A DNA stretch of 64,000 bases. Origin: a virus. Its lineage: Duplodnaviria; Caudoviricetes. Made by a program: the position numbers and the translations under genes. Shown in pieces: positions 38,951-49,002 of the stretch (the stretch's first letter is position 1; each line of letters opens with the position of its first letter). Location of the stretch: positions 2,102 to 66,101 of IMG/VR virus record IMGVR_UViG_3300042448_001920. One strand, 5' to 3'. Under the pieces are notes generated by a model. It worked only from the letters and a program-made list of their open reading frames with translations, ran no database searches and was not told the DNA's origin.

Positions 38951-39715
38951 ATGAACACAAACAAGACAAAAACATCTTCTAGAAGAACGAGAAAAAAATT
39001 AACACCTGAAGAGGAGTATGAAGCTTTTGAAGCTATTAACAAAGCGCACAGCGGTAACGTTCTTGATAAGATGAAAATTGACATCAAATGCAAAACACAA
39101 AATCAAAAAAAATTAGTGACTGAAATAAAAAACAAAGAAATGGTTATTTGTTCTGGGTTACCAGGTACTGGTAAAACATTCTTATCATGCGCCATGGCGT
39201 TAGAACTCCTTAAGAATGACCCAAGGTATAAAAAGATCGTTATCGTTAAATCTGTTACAACATTAAAAGACGAAGAAATTGGATTTTTAAAGGGTACGAT
39301 GAAAGAAAAAATGGAACCATTTATGTACTCATTTATGCATAACTTTGAGAAGGTTATCGGAAGACACAATGTTGAGCTTTTAAGAGCCAATAATATGATT
39401 GAGGAGATGCCAATAGCTTACATGAGAGGTATTAACATCGACAATTCAATAACCATAATTGACGAGGCCCAAAACATTTCAATCGATAACATTAGAACAA
39501 TTATGACTAGACTTGGCGAAAACTCTAAGATGATATTCTTGGGCGATGAAAACCAAATTGACATGAAAAGGAAGGGTGAAAGTTCATTAAACTTTATCAT
39601 TCAAAAATTCAGTGACTTCGATGAGGTTGGTACAGTAGTTCTTGGTGAGGACGATGTTGTTAGAAACCCGCTGATCAAAAAAATCGAAAAAATATTTAAC
39701 GAAAGTAAAATGTAG
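38951..39715 (+). CDS. phoH: PhoH-family ATPase
   Basis: GLPGTGKT, IGFLKG...EKM, YMRG, IIDEAQN, TRLGE, GD..Q.D, VRNPL. Confidence 0.95.
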   Translation: MNTNKTKTSSRRTRKKLTPEEEYEAFEAINKAHSGNVLDKMKIDIKCKTQNQKKLVTEIKNKEMVICSGLPGTGKTFLSCAMALELLKNDPRYKKIVIVKSVTTLKDEEIGFLKGTMKEKMEPFMYSFMHNFEKVIGRHNVELLRANNMIEEMPIAYMRGINIDNSITIIDEAQNISIDNIRTIMTRLGENSKMIFLGDENQIDMKRKGESSLNFIIQKFSDFDEVGTVVLGEDDVVRNPLIKKIEKIFNESKM

Positions 39716-39767
39716 TCTTTATTTTAGGCCGAAACCCTATTATTTTTATATAAAAATAAACAATAGT

Positions 39768-40403
39768 ATGGTAATAGGTATTACGATAAATAACATTTTA
39801 AGAGAACACATTAGTAAACTAAAGGATTTATATGAATTTGAGTTTGAAAAAGAACCCATTTTACCTATAAATCCTTTTGATTTATCCAAATCATTCCCAG
39901 ATATTGAGGGTGAAATTGTTGACACTAATTTTGAGGTTGACAAAGAGTTAGAGTTATCTGAAAATAAGAAAGACACTTCTTTTAACTTAAGTAAATTCAT
40001 GTATGAAGATGCGTGTTTTGAAGTATTTGGTAGAGTTGAAGAAAGTCAACCAGGTATCATTAAACAGGTATGTGATTTTTCTAACAAAAACAAAATCAAA
40101 ATCGTGTTATTAAATAATGAAAGCCAAAGATCTAAATCAGCAACATTATTCTTCCTAAGTAAGAACTATTATAACCTAGAACAAATAATCTTCCCAAGCA
40201 AATGGAAAGATTTTTGGTCGTATTGTGATGTCTTAGTTACTGATAACCCTAAACTATTAAAAACCAAGCCAAAAGACAAAATATCGATAAAATACAAAAA
40301 TGATTTTAATGTTGACATTAAATCAGATTATACTATAATTAACATTGAAGAATTATTTAAAATTTTAAAAAAATTAAAGAAAGAACAAAATGGAAAAAAC
40401 TAA
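39768..40403 (+). CDS. 5'-nucleotidase-like HAD protein (degenerate motif I)
   Basis: VIGITINNILR in place of DxD; CDVLVTDNP. Confidence 0.5.
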   Translation: MVIGITINNILREHISKLKDLYEFEFEKEPILPINPFDLSKSFPDIEGEIVDTNFEVDKELELSENKKDTSFNLSKFMYEDACFEVFGRVEESQPGIIKQVCDFSNKNKIKIVLLNNESQRSKSATLFFLSKNYYNLEQIIFPSKWKDFWSYCDVLVTDNPKLLKTKPKDKISIKYKNDFNVDIKSDYTIINIEELFKILKKLKKEQNGKN

Positions 40404-41472
40404 CGAAATAGTTAAAAACATTGAATCGGCTATAAGTAAGATTCAAAACAAAGAACAAAAAATTGTTTTTTTGGTACCAGACACCAAGGGTAATGCTAAA
40501 TCAAGTGTTATCCATCTGTATAAACAAGCGTTAACACTTAAAAATTTAGGTTATAACGTTAGTATGTTACACGAAAAAAACGACTACATTAAAGTTGGTT
40601 CATGGTTGACGCCAGAATGTGATGAGTTAGAACACTTATCAATTGAAGATAATAACTTAGTTGTCGGGGCTTCTGATTTTATCATCGTACCAGAAGTATA
40701 TGGTAGTGTATTTGAACAAATTAATAAAATGCCATTAGAAAAGGTTATTTACGTACAATCATTTGATTACATGCTTGAGGCTTTTGCCCCAGGTAAATCA
40801 TGGGTTGACTTAGGTGCTGAAGAATGTATCACAACATCAAACACACTTAAATCAATGATTGAGGATACAGTTCCAGTTGAGGATGTTCAATTCATTGAAC
40901 CAGCGGTTTCAAGTGAAATTTTCACTTTAAATGATAAACCACAAAAACCGATTATTGCTATCTATTGTCGTGAGGCTAGAAAAGCCGCAAAAATGATCAA
41001 ATCATTCTACTTGAAATACCCTATCTACAGATTTGTGTCTTTTAAAGACATGCATACAATGCCACAAGACACTTTCGCTAAAAACTTAAAAGAATGTTGC
41101 GTGTCTGTTTGGATTGACGATGATTCATCATTTGGTAGATACCCAATCGAATCTATTAAGTGTAATGTACCTGTAATCGGTAAAGTACCTAACATTATCC
41201 CAGAGTGGATGACAGATGAAAATGGTGTATGGGTTTATGATGAAAATCAAATCCCTGAAATCTTATCAAGCTTTATTAAAAATTGGTTGGAAGACACTTT
41301 ACCAGAAAATTTATTGAATGTAGCGAAAACCGTTGAAGGTAAATACACTGAAGAGGGTTTTGAAAAAAACACCAAAGAGGTTTATGAATACCTATTCAAT
41401 AAAAAAGTGTCAAAATTAGAAACAATAAAAGAAAATTTTAAAAAGGAAGTGGAACAAAATGAACAAAACTAA
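40390..41472 (+). CDS. GT-B-fold glycosyltransferase-like protein
   Basis: IIVPEVY, SFGRYPIESIKCNVPVIG. Confidence 0.7.
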   Translation: MEKTNEIVKNIESAISKIQNKEQKIVFLVPDTKGNAKSSVIHLYKQALTLKNLGYNVSMLHEKNDYIKVGSWLTPECDELEHLSIEDNNLVVGASDFIIVPEVYGSVFEQINKMPLEKVIYVQSFDYMLEAFAPGKSWVDLGAEECITTSNTLKSMIEDTVPVEDVQFIEPAVSSEIFTLNDKPQKPIIAIYCREARKAAKMIKSFYLKYPIYRFVSFKDMHTMPQDTFAKNLKECCVSVWIDDDSSFGRYPIESIKCNVPVIGKVPNIIPEWMTDENGVWVYDENQIPEILSSFIKNWLEDTLPENLLNVAKTVEGKYTEEGFEKNTKEVYEYLFNKKVSKLETIKENFKKEVEQNEQN

Positions 41473-42289
41473 TTTAACCGTTATAATCCCAGTTCACTCG
41501 GTTAGTGATATTGGAAACCAAAAATTTGACGATCTTTTTGACATCGCACTATCGTCAATTAGTAGAAATGACATTAAACCAGAAAAGGTTTTAATCGTTA
41601 GATGCAATTGTATTGAAGTTGATGCTAAATTATCATCAATGGATTTATCAAAATACGACTTAAACATTGAAATTATTGCTAATGATGGTGATACTGATTA
41701 CCAAAGTCAAATAAACTTTGCGGCTCAGAATGTTGAGACTGAATACATGTCAATTTTGGAGTTTGATGATGAAGTATCAAAAACTTGGTACAAGAACGTT
41801 GAGCAGCATATCCAGGCTTACCCAGAGGTAGATATGTTCCTTCCGATAATTAATGACGTATCTGAGGATAATAAATTTATCGGTCTTTCAAACGAAGCTG
41901 TATGGGCCTATAATTTTACAGAAACTATGGGTAACATAGATTTGGAATCTTTGTTGGAATACCCAAACATTAGCCCTTGTGGTATGGTAATTAAAACAGC
42001 CGTATTTAATGAAATTAAAGGTTTAAAACAAATCAAGTTAACATTTAATTATGAATTCTTATTACGTTTCCACAAAAACGGTTACAAGTCAATGGTAATC
42101 CCAAAAATTGGGTACAAACACGTGAATATGAGACAGGAATCATTATTCTGGTTATACAAAAATAGTGAAGCTGTTGAGTATAAGATGGAACCTAAACAAG
42201 CTTTATTTTGGATGGAAACAGCGAAGAAAGAATATTTGTTTAACGATGATAGGAATATAATATATGAGGAAAATGAAGTTAGTGAGTAA
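41459..42289 (+). CDS. GT2 glycosyltransferase
   Basis: LTVIIPVH, ILEFDD, YEFLLR, IPKIGYKH. Confidence 0.8.
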   Translation: MNKTNLTVIIPVHSVSDIGNQKFDDLFDIALSSISRNDIKPEKVLIVRCNCIEVDAKLSSMDLSKYDLNIEIIANDGDTDYQSQINFAAQNVETEYMSILEFDDEVSKTWYKNVEQHIQAYPEVDMFLPIINDVSEDNKFIGLSNEAVWAYNFTETMGNIDLESLLEYPNISPCGMVIKTAVFNEIKGLKQIKLTFNYEFLLRFHKNGYKSMVIPKIGYKHVNMRQESLFWLYKNSEAVEYKMEPKQALFWMETAKKEYLFNDDRNIIYEENEVSE

Positions 42290-43002
42290 TGGCAAGACAG
42301 AAAAAAGATCGCAACTATTATGGTGTAGACCAGGAAAAAGCGGTGATCATGTTTCTGGAAGCCAAAACGGTTGGTGAGCGAGAAAAAATTTATAGAGAGT
42401 ACTTACAAGAACCTATCAATACAATGATAGAAAGTATTATTAGGACTTATAAATTATATAGACAATCATACGAATTCCACGATTTACATGCAGACACGCT
42501 GTCATTCTTGATGACAAAATTTGACAAATTTAAGCCCGAAAAAGGTAAAAGATCATTTTCATACTTTGGTACGATATGTAAAAATTACCTTTTTGGGGAA
42601 ATGGTCAAAGAATATAAAAAAAACACGTCACTGGTTGATATAGATCAATCTGAAGGTGATGTATTAAGGAGAGATGAACTACTATATCGTATTGATAATG
42701 AGGATCTTGACCTTACACTTTTTATCGAAACATTAGCCACTAACATAAAAGATGAGCTAAAATCTGATGATTTATCGGAAAACGAATTTAAGGTTGGCCA
42801 TTCATTAGTAAAAATACTAGAGGAATGGCGTGAATTATTTTCCCAGGTCAGTGATGGTAAAAACTCACCCAAATTCAATAAAAACTTGATATTACTATAT
42901 ATTCGTAATATGACTGGCTTAAATACGAAGGAAATCAGGAATAGTATGAAAAGATTTAAGTCTTTATATCGTATTTTTAAGGATAATTATTTAGATGGTT
43001 GA
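42289..43002 (+). CDS. Phage late sigma factor (T4 gp55-like)
   Basis: KFDKFKPEKGKRSFSYFGTICKNYL resembles sigma region 2 of gp55-type factors. Confidence 0.7.
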   Translation: MARQKKDRNYYGVDQEKAVIMFLEAKTVGEREKIYREYLQEPINTMIESIIRTYKLYRQSYEFHDLHADTLSFLMTKFDKFKPEKGKRSFSYFGTICKNYLFGEMVKEYKKNTSLVDIDQSEGDVLRRDELLYRIDNEDLDLTLFIETLATNIKDELKSDDLSENEFKVGHSLVKILEEWRELFSQVSDGKNSPKFNKNLILLYIRNMTGLNTKEIRNSMKRFKSLYRIFKDNYLDG

Positions 43003-43010
43003 TATTTATA
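43003..43010 (+). promoter_or_regulatory. Putative late promoter motif TATTTATA
   Basis: 16 nt upstream of the ATG at 43027. Confidence 0.6.
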
Positions 43011-43026
43011 TTAAATAACATTTACT

Positions 43027-43413
43027 ATGGTACCAAAAAAGAAAAAAGTTGACGTTTCAGAGGATAGTATGAAAGAACTCATGCAAGAAACTTATAATGA
43101 AATTGTTGATGAAAGAAATAGGGCTTTAACAGCCTATAAAAAATTTACAAAAGATATTAATGAAAATTCTGATATCGCTTTGGTTGGTAAGATTACAAAT
43201 GACTTATTAAAAATAATAGATTCATCTATCGAAAAAAAACTAAGGTTAATAAAAATTCAAGGTGACATTCTTTATAAGTCTGGTAAACCGTCTGATTCCG
43301 CTAGTATTGGTAATATGACAATTACCGATGAAGATAGAAAATGGGCTGAAGATTTTATTAAAAAACAAGCTACCTCAAGTGAATCGGATACGAATGAAAA
43401 AGAGTATGAATAA
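43027..43413 (+). CDS. Hypothetical helical protein (possible small terminase subunit)
   Basis: 128 aa, coiled-coil. Function inferred only from size and late context. Confidence 0.5.
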   Translation: MVPKKKKVDVSEDSMKELMQETYNEIVDERNRALTAYKKFTKDINENSDIALVGKITNDLLKIIDSSIEKKLRLIKIQGDILYKSGKPSDSASIGNMTITDEDRKWAEDFIKKQATSSESDTNEKEYE

Positions 43414-43415
43414 TA

Positions 43416-45320
43416 ATGGGTTCACAAAGCGAAATATTTTCAAGATATAGATCACTAGTGGTTTCTAATAATCAGAAACCATATGCTACTAATGCACAAA
43501 AAAAACTAGACAAATTAGAGTTCGTTGACTTCTTAGTTGAGTTAGTAAAATCAACCAGAGGTCAAAAAGAATTTAAAAGTTTAATACTAAAAGGTAGTTT
43601 ATCTCAATTAAAAAAATTCGATGATATCAACAAGGTTATTGTTGATAACATTATTGCTTTATTTGGGTGTGACGATAATTTAGTTATACCACAAAAATAC
43701 ACAACTTTAGCCGCTGGGGGTATAGAAATTAATAAACAAGAGATTGATTCTTTTGGTTTATTAAATATCGACCCAGATAGTAAGACTGGTAAATTGATGT
43801 ATGAAGGTAACGACATCACCAAACACGTAAATTACTTTTTTAGTAAATCACAAAACGCTATAAGTGACGCTCCACTAGAACTTAAAAAAGGTAATAGAGT
43901 TTTATTTACTTTATACGCAAAAGATTCATCAACATTTGTTTTTAAATTCGGTGAGTTTTATTCTAAAAAATTATTTTCAGATTTTTTAAAGGATTATTTA
44001 ACCGTAGCAACACCAGTATTTAATTTCCCCAATTTTATGGCCATATTAATGGATATATTAACTGGGGCTTTATCTGTTAAAGCTAAATTAAATAAAAAGA
44101 TTATAGTAAAACAAAGCGCCTTAATTAAAGGTTTAAAGAAAATGTTTGGGTTTTGTAATGAGGATGATACAGAAAAACCAGACTCATCAAATAAATCATT
44201 TTTAGATAAAGAATTTAATCCAGCTGACGCTCAAAGAAATGGTGAGGATAGCGGTATTTTAAATAATGATGCGGATTTCGATAACGTGTTTAATTTTAAT
44301 AAAACCGAACTTGACGATATCGAAAATACTGGTAATCTAAGGGCAAATGGGTTTTTAAGGTTCTCATCTTGTGGTAATCTTGATGTGGCTATAAACCCAG
44401 ATGACATTTTAAACTCATTAGAGGAATTGTTTAATAATAGTCAGGGTGATAAATTACTATTTCCAGGTGAAAACCCGCAAGATGTGACGCCACAAGCAAA
44501 TGACTCCTTGACCGATAATTCTAAAAAAATACCTAATCTCGATCAAGCGTCCGATGTATTGGATAAAGCCTTAAAAAACGGTATTAATGATATTGTAAAT
44601 TCAGGTGAAATTAACGCAGCGATTAATTTACCTAATATTAACGCTGAAATTCAATTAAATATATTAAAAGCTATCCCTTATGCGTTAATGCAAATGATAA
44701 TAACACCAAAATTAATGATGGTCCCTAAATTGTTTTTAGTGTTAAAGGGTGATGATAGTAAAAAATCACCAGAAGAAATGATTTCTTTTGTAAGACCATT
44801 GATTAAAAAAATTGGTAGTTTTATAACGGATTTATTGGTTAAAAATATATTTAACTTAATAAAAAAAGATTTAATTGGTTTGGCTAAAAAAATAAGTGCT
44901 GATTTCTTAAAACAAAGAGGTCTTGATTACATATCATCATTAAAAAGTTTATTAGCTCTTTTAAAGGCTTTAAAAGGTTTCAAAGTGGGTGGCTGCCAAT
45001 CAATAATAGAACAAATACTTCGCTTATTAAAATTATTGAATGTAACACCTATGCCACTTATACCACCACCATTAGTTTTATTGGGTGGTGCCTTAAAACC
45101 AGGGTTAAACCACGTATCAATGATAAATGATCTTAAATCTAATTTAAGTGAAAAGGGTATTGAGACAGCTGCAACATTCCCAGACGGGACACCAAATCAT
45201 CTTATGATCGCTTTGGAAGAAACGATGAAAGTTATGGTTTCAAGCATAAAAACAAACGCAAAGGTTGAGGTAACAACAACAGGAGTTGGTCTTACAACAG
45301 GCTTTGGACAAATACAGTAA
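43416..45320 (+). CDS. Hypothetical structural (baseplate-region) protein
   Basis: 634-aa ORF in the late operon upstream of the spike-like gene. Confidence 0.6.
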   Translation: MGSQSEIFSRYRSLVVSNNQKPYATNAQKKLDKLEFVDFLVELVKSTRGQKEFKSLILKGSLSQLKKFDDINKVIVDNIIALFGCDDNLVIPQKYTTLAAGGIEINKQEIDSFGLLNIDPDSKTGKLMYEGNDITKHVNYFFSKSQNAISDAPLELKKGNRVLFTLYAKDSSTFVFKFGEFYSKKLFSDFLKDYLTVATPVFNFPNFMAILMDILTGALSVKAKLNKKIIVKQSALIKGLKKMFGFCNEDDTEKPDSSNKSFLDKEFNPADAQRNGEDSGILNNDADFDNVFNFNKTELDDIENTGNLRANGFLRFSSCGNLDVAINPDDILNSLEELFNNSQGDKLLFPGENPQDVTPQANDSLTDNSKKIPNLDQASDVLDKALKNGINDIVNSGEINAAINLPNINAEIQLNILKAIPYALMQMIITPKLMMVPKLFLVLKGDDSKKSPEEMISFVRPLIKKIGSFITDLLVKNIFNLIKKDLIGLAKKISADFLKQRGLDYISSLKSLLALLKALKGFKVGGCQSIIEQILRLLKLLNVTPMPLIPPPLVLLGGALKPGLNHVSMINDLKSNLSEKGIETAATFPDGTPNHLMIALEETMKVMVSSIKTNAKVEVTTTGVGLTTGFGQIQ

Positions 45321-45322
45321 AT

Positions 45323-45541
45323 ATGAATAACCCAAAATTAAAAGAAATTTTTGAAAACGTTGAGAAAAAATCTAATAAAGATTTAGCAAGATTATTAGTT
45401 GCTTTAAAAAATGATTTTGAAGATGTTAAAGAAACTGCTCTAAGGTTAACAGCTACAATGGAAGAGGTTGAAATGACCTACGATAAAGTTTATAATGAAT
45501 TAAAAGAAAGGTTAAAATTCGAAGATAAAAATGAAGGCTGA
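45323..45541 (+). CDS. Small coiled-coil hypothetical protein
   Basis: 72-aa coupled ORF. Confidence 0.65.
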   Translation: MNNPKLKEIFENVEKKSNKDLARLLVALKNDFEDVKETALRLTATMEEVEMTYDKVYNELKERLKFEDKNEG

Positions 45542-47204
45542 ATTTAGTTTAGGTATTTGTTTCAACAATGGTGATCCGTTAAACCACGGAAGAATTCTCG
45601 TTGCCCCATATGAAGAATATAAAGGACATGTTTCTTATGTTTCAATTGAAAACGCCATTGATCGAATCAATATCAGTTCTACTAAATATGAAAAATGGTC
45701 TGATAGGGGTATATCCAACACTAAAACTAGTGACCCGTATGTTGCAACACCATTTTTACCTAATCAATTATCGATAATACCAAAACCTGGCCAAGTTGTT
45801 AGATTAATTAAATTTGATGATGGTTCGATAAATTATATTGGGCCAATAACACAAAACCCTCTAACATTAAACACAACATATTTTGAGGAAAATAGTAGAA
45901 GAAAATTTCCAGTATCTGATGATATATCAAATAGCATCAATGATGCGGTTTTTTCTGGTTATAATAATGAACAAGTTTCGCTTGGTAACGATAGGATCTT
46001 ACTAAGATTAGATCACCTATCTAACAGAACCAGAAAAAAAACATACCCAATATTCCAATTATCTAAATTTACAAAAACAATAAATTATGCGGTTAAAGAT
46101 GTTACTGAAACTGTTAAACCAGATGTTTTTTTAGACTATATTATTGAAATAACTTTTGACTACAGTAGAAAAGAAAATTTTGAAAGTAAAAATATCGTGT
46201 GTAGTGTAAATCTATATAACACTTTAGAGGTTGTAACTACTAAACAAAGCAACCAATCTAATGTTGTTAAAGGTTTAATGAAGAAAGATTATAGCAGGTT
46301 CCAAGATTACACATCTGGTGCAAACTATAACCAATATACTGTTAACCATACCTTAGAGTTTAATGATGTTGAATCAATGGACAAAGCTATTGAAGAAATT
46401 ATATCATCATATAGGACCAAAAAAATTAAATACTATAATCCACAATTAATAGGTACCCAAAAAATTGAAACACAGTTTAATACGATTACATTAAGCAATA
46501 GGATACCTTTTAGGGCCAATAATGCTGGTGCTAACCACGACACACCAGATGAAGTTGCTGATTTAAAAAACTTTGTTGTTAGGATAAACCCAAATAGTAG
46601 GGATTTATACACAAAACCTAGTGCTGATTTACAAAACAAACTCAATATACCAGCAACGCAACCAACTGATAACACAACACTTAACTATATTAGGTTTACT
46701 GAATTTAATAAATTCATAACTAAAATTAAAAAATATAATAACGAAAGATTTTTAGGTGACCAAGAATTACAATCACCTGTTACAACAACAAGTAAAAAAA
46801 CTCAAGAGAGTTTAACTGATAAAGAAGTTACTGTAAACGTTAATTACGCTGATAAATTTTTATTTTTAAGTAGTATTAACTCAAGAGACTACCTAGAAAA
46901 TGCTAGAGAAGGTATGAGTAATGAAACTATTTCAAAATTTTTATCAAATTTATCTGTGGATGATTCGGGTAGAACTTACCAAACTTACGGGTTTGTTAGG
47001 GGTGAAAAAATTCTTGAACTTTTAGATCAAATTTTAGCTGTTTTCTTATCCCACGGGCATTCCATCGGACAATCTGAAGGGTCTTTAAGTAATAATGCCG
47101 TTGAATTAATTAAAAATTTAAGAGGTGATATTGCGCAAGAAATAAACGGAAACACAACAAATTCAACAACAAAGATAATTAACCATAACTTACGTCTTAA
47201 TTAA
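45531..47204 (+). CDS. Baseplate central spike / gp5-like protein
   Basis: N-terminal OB-like DPLNHGRI...PFLP...IPKPGQVV; C-terminal VRGEKILELL...SHGH. Confidence 0.6.
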   Translation: MKAEFSLGICFNNGDPLNHGRILVAPYEEYKGHVSYVSIENAIDRINISSTKYEKWSDRGISNTKTSDPYVATPFLPNQLSIIPKPGQVVRLIKFDDGSINYIGPITQNPLTLNTTYFEENSRRKFPVSDDISNSINDAVFSGYNNEQVSLGNDRILLRLDHLSNRTRKKTYPIFQLSKFTKTINYAVKDVTETVKPDVFLDYIIEITFDYSRKENFESKNIVCSVNLYNTLEVVTTKQSNQSNVVKGLMKKDYSRFQDYTSGANYNQYTVNHTLEFNDVESMDKAIEEIISSYRTKKIKYYNPQLIGTQKIETQFNTITLSNRIPFRANNAGANHDTPDEVADLKNFVVRINPNSRDLYTKPSADLQNKLNIPATQPTDNTTLNYIRFTEFNKFITKIKKYNNERFLGDQELQSPVTTTSKKTQESLTDKEVTVNVNYADKFLFLSSINSRDYLENAREGMSNETISKFLSNLSVDDSGRTYQTYGFVRGEKILELLDQILAVFLSHGHSIGQSEGSLSNNAVELIKNLRGDIAQEINGNTTNSTTKIINHNLRLN

Positions 47205-47206
47205 AA

Positions 47207-47213
47207 TATTTAT
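47207..47213 (+). promoter_or_regulatory. Putative late promoter motif TATTTAT
   Basis: 4 nt upstream of the ATG at 47218. Confidence 0.5.
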
Positions 47214-47217
47214 TACT

Positions 47218-48594
47218 ATGGGTATATACAGAACATATTTTGATAAAAACAACACAATCGTTAAAGATAGTGATGTTAATACTGGCAGAAATCAAGTGTC
47301 AGAGCTATATTTTGGTAATCTCATCAGTAGGTTTTTGTTTTATTGCTCATTTGATGAAATCAGAAATCTTGTCGATTCTGGTGTTATCAATTTAAACGGA
47401 AACGTAAGACATATATTAACTATTAAGAATACTAGTAGTTTTGATATTAAGGATATATTAACTATAGATAATAATTTAAGATTCGGTGATTACTATAGAC
47501 CAACATCTTTTGATGTTGAGTTACATGGTGTTAACCAACTTTGGGACGAGGGTAATGGGTATGATTTTGTCACTGGTATAAGAACTTTCCCACAAAACAT
47601 TGAGTATGTTTTAGGGCCATCAAATTGGACTAAAGCTACAAATACGACTAATTTTACCACATCTGGTGTTGTACCTAACGGAGCTACACCAATAGCAACT
47701 CAACATCTGGATTTAGGTAATGAGGATATTAAAATGGATATAACAAACTTTGTTAATTCAATTATAAGCGGAGCTACAAGTGGTACAACCTATAACGGTT
47801 TCTGCTTAAAGTATTCAGATGCTATTGAAGCTTTAACATTCCCTGATAATAGAACTTGCGCTCTTGGTTTATTCACAAGACACACACAAACATTTTTTGA
47901 ACCGTACATTGAGACAATATATGATGATCATATTGACGATGAAAGAGTTACATTCTATTTAGGTAAAGAAAATAAATTGTTTTTTTATTCGGTTATCAAC
48001 GGTAAACTAGAGAATCTAGACCAATTACCTACTTGTACTATTAACGGTACAACATATACAGTTAACCAAAAAACAAAAGGTGTTTATTACGTGACTGTTG
48101 ATGGTGATGAGTCAACCTTTGTTAGTTACACAGAATCTAACGACATTTGGAGTGACATTATTTATAATGGGAATGCTAGACCTAACGTTAAATTAAGATT
48201 TGTCCCAATTGACGCTGATAAGTACTATAACTTTAATATAGATGCTTTGGATGATACCAGATATGGTTTATCTTTGAGTGGTATAAAAGTTGGTGAGGGT
48301 TTACAACAAGGTGAGCAAAGAAAAGTTAATATCCTTTTAAGAAAACCTTATACTGTTTCAGAATACTACGTTAGTAATAGTGTTTACTACAAGTTATATG
48401 TTAAACAAGGCCCAGCTGTTATTGATATTTTTGATTGGCAGTTGGCAAATAAAGCGTTAAATAATAATTATTTCACAATTGATACAACCTGGTTGGTACC
48501 ACAAAGATATTTTGTTGACATTAAAATTGAAACAAACGGTGAGGTAACGTTACACAGTAACGAATTACATTTTGACGTTGTGAATAAAGCTTAA
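47218..48594 (+). CDS. Virion structural protein (beta-rich, Ig-like C-terminus)
   Basis: SRFLF, WDEGNGYD, MDIT..V, F.TRHT.T.FEP patterns. Confidence 0.6.
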   Translation: MGIYRTYFDKNNTIVKDSDVNTGRNQVSELYFGNLISRFLFYCSFDEIRNLVDSGVINLNGNVRHILTIKNTSSFDIKDILTIDNNLRFGDYYRPTSFDVELHGVNQLWDEGNGYDFVTGIRTFPQNIEYVLGPSNWTKATNTTNFTTSGVVPNGATPIATQHLDLGNEDIKMDITNFVNSIISGATSGTTYNGFCLKYSDAIEALTFPDNRTCALGLFTRHTQTFFEPYIETIYDDHIDDERVTFYLGKENKLFFYSVINGKLENLDQLPTCTINGTTYTVNQKTKGVYYVTVDGDESTFVSYTESNDIWSDIIYNGNARPNVKLRFVPIDADKYYNFNIDALDDTRYGLSLSGIKVGEGLQQGEQRKVNILLRKPYTVSEYYVSNSVYYKLYVKQGPAVIDIFDWQLANKALNNNYFTIDTTWLVPQRYFVDIKIETNGEVTLHSNELHFDVVNKA

Positions 48595-48597
48595 GAT

Positions 48598-49002
48598 ATG
48601 TATTTAATTTATATAAACCCACTTAATAAAAATTTTAAAGGTCAGTACACCTACGAGTTTATCTTTACAAAACGTTTGGATAACGTTGAGTATGGTGATG
48701 ACTGGGATGTCCAACCAGCGTCAAGCGGATCACCAACACCACCAAATGTTAAACAAATCGAATCAATTGGTATGTTAAAATCAGACGATATTGAATTAGA
48801 TCTTGCAATGAACTCAGATACATTTTCAATGTATGACTGTGTTGAAGGTATTATTGCACTTGGTTGGGAATCAGAATCACCTGAAATTGATGATAGATTA
48901 GTGTTCAGATATGGGGAAACCATTGAATCAATAAAAGAAAAAATATACAGTAGAGATAAACTACTAACAATAATAAATAAAGAAGAAATAGATAAATTCT
49001 AA
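48598..49002 (+). CDS. Hypothetical protein
   Basis: 134-aa ORF. Confidence 0.7.
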   Translation: MYLIYINPLNKNFKGQYTYEFIFTKRLDNVEYGDDWDVQPASSGSPTPPNVKQIESIGMLKSDDIELDLAMNSDTFSMYDCVEGIIALGWESESPEIDDRLVFRYGETIESIKEKIYSRDKLLTIINKEEIDKF

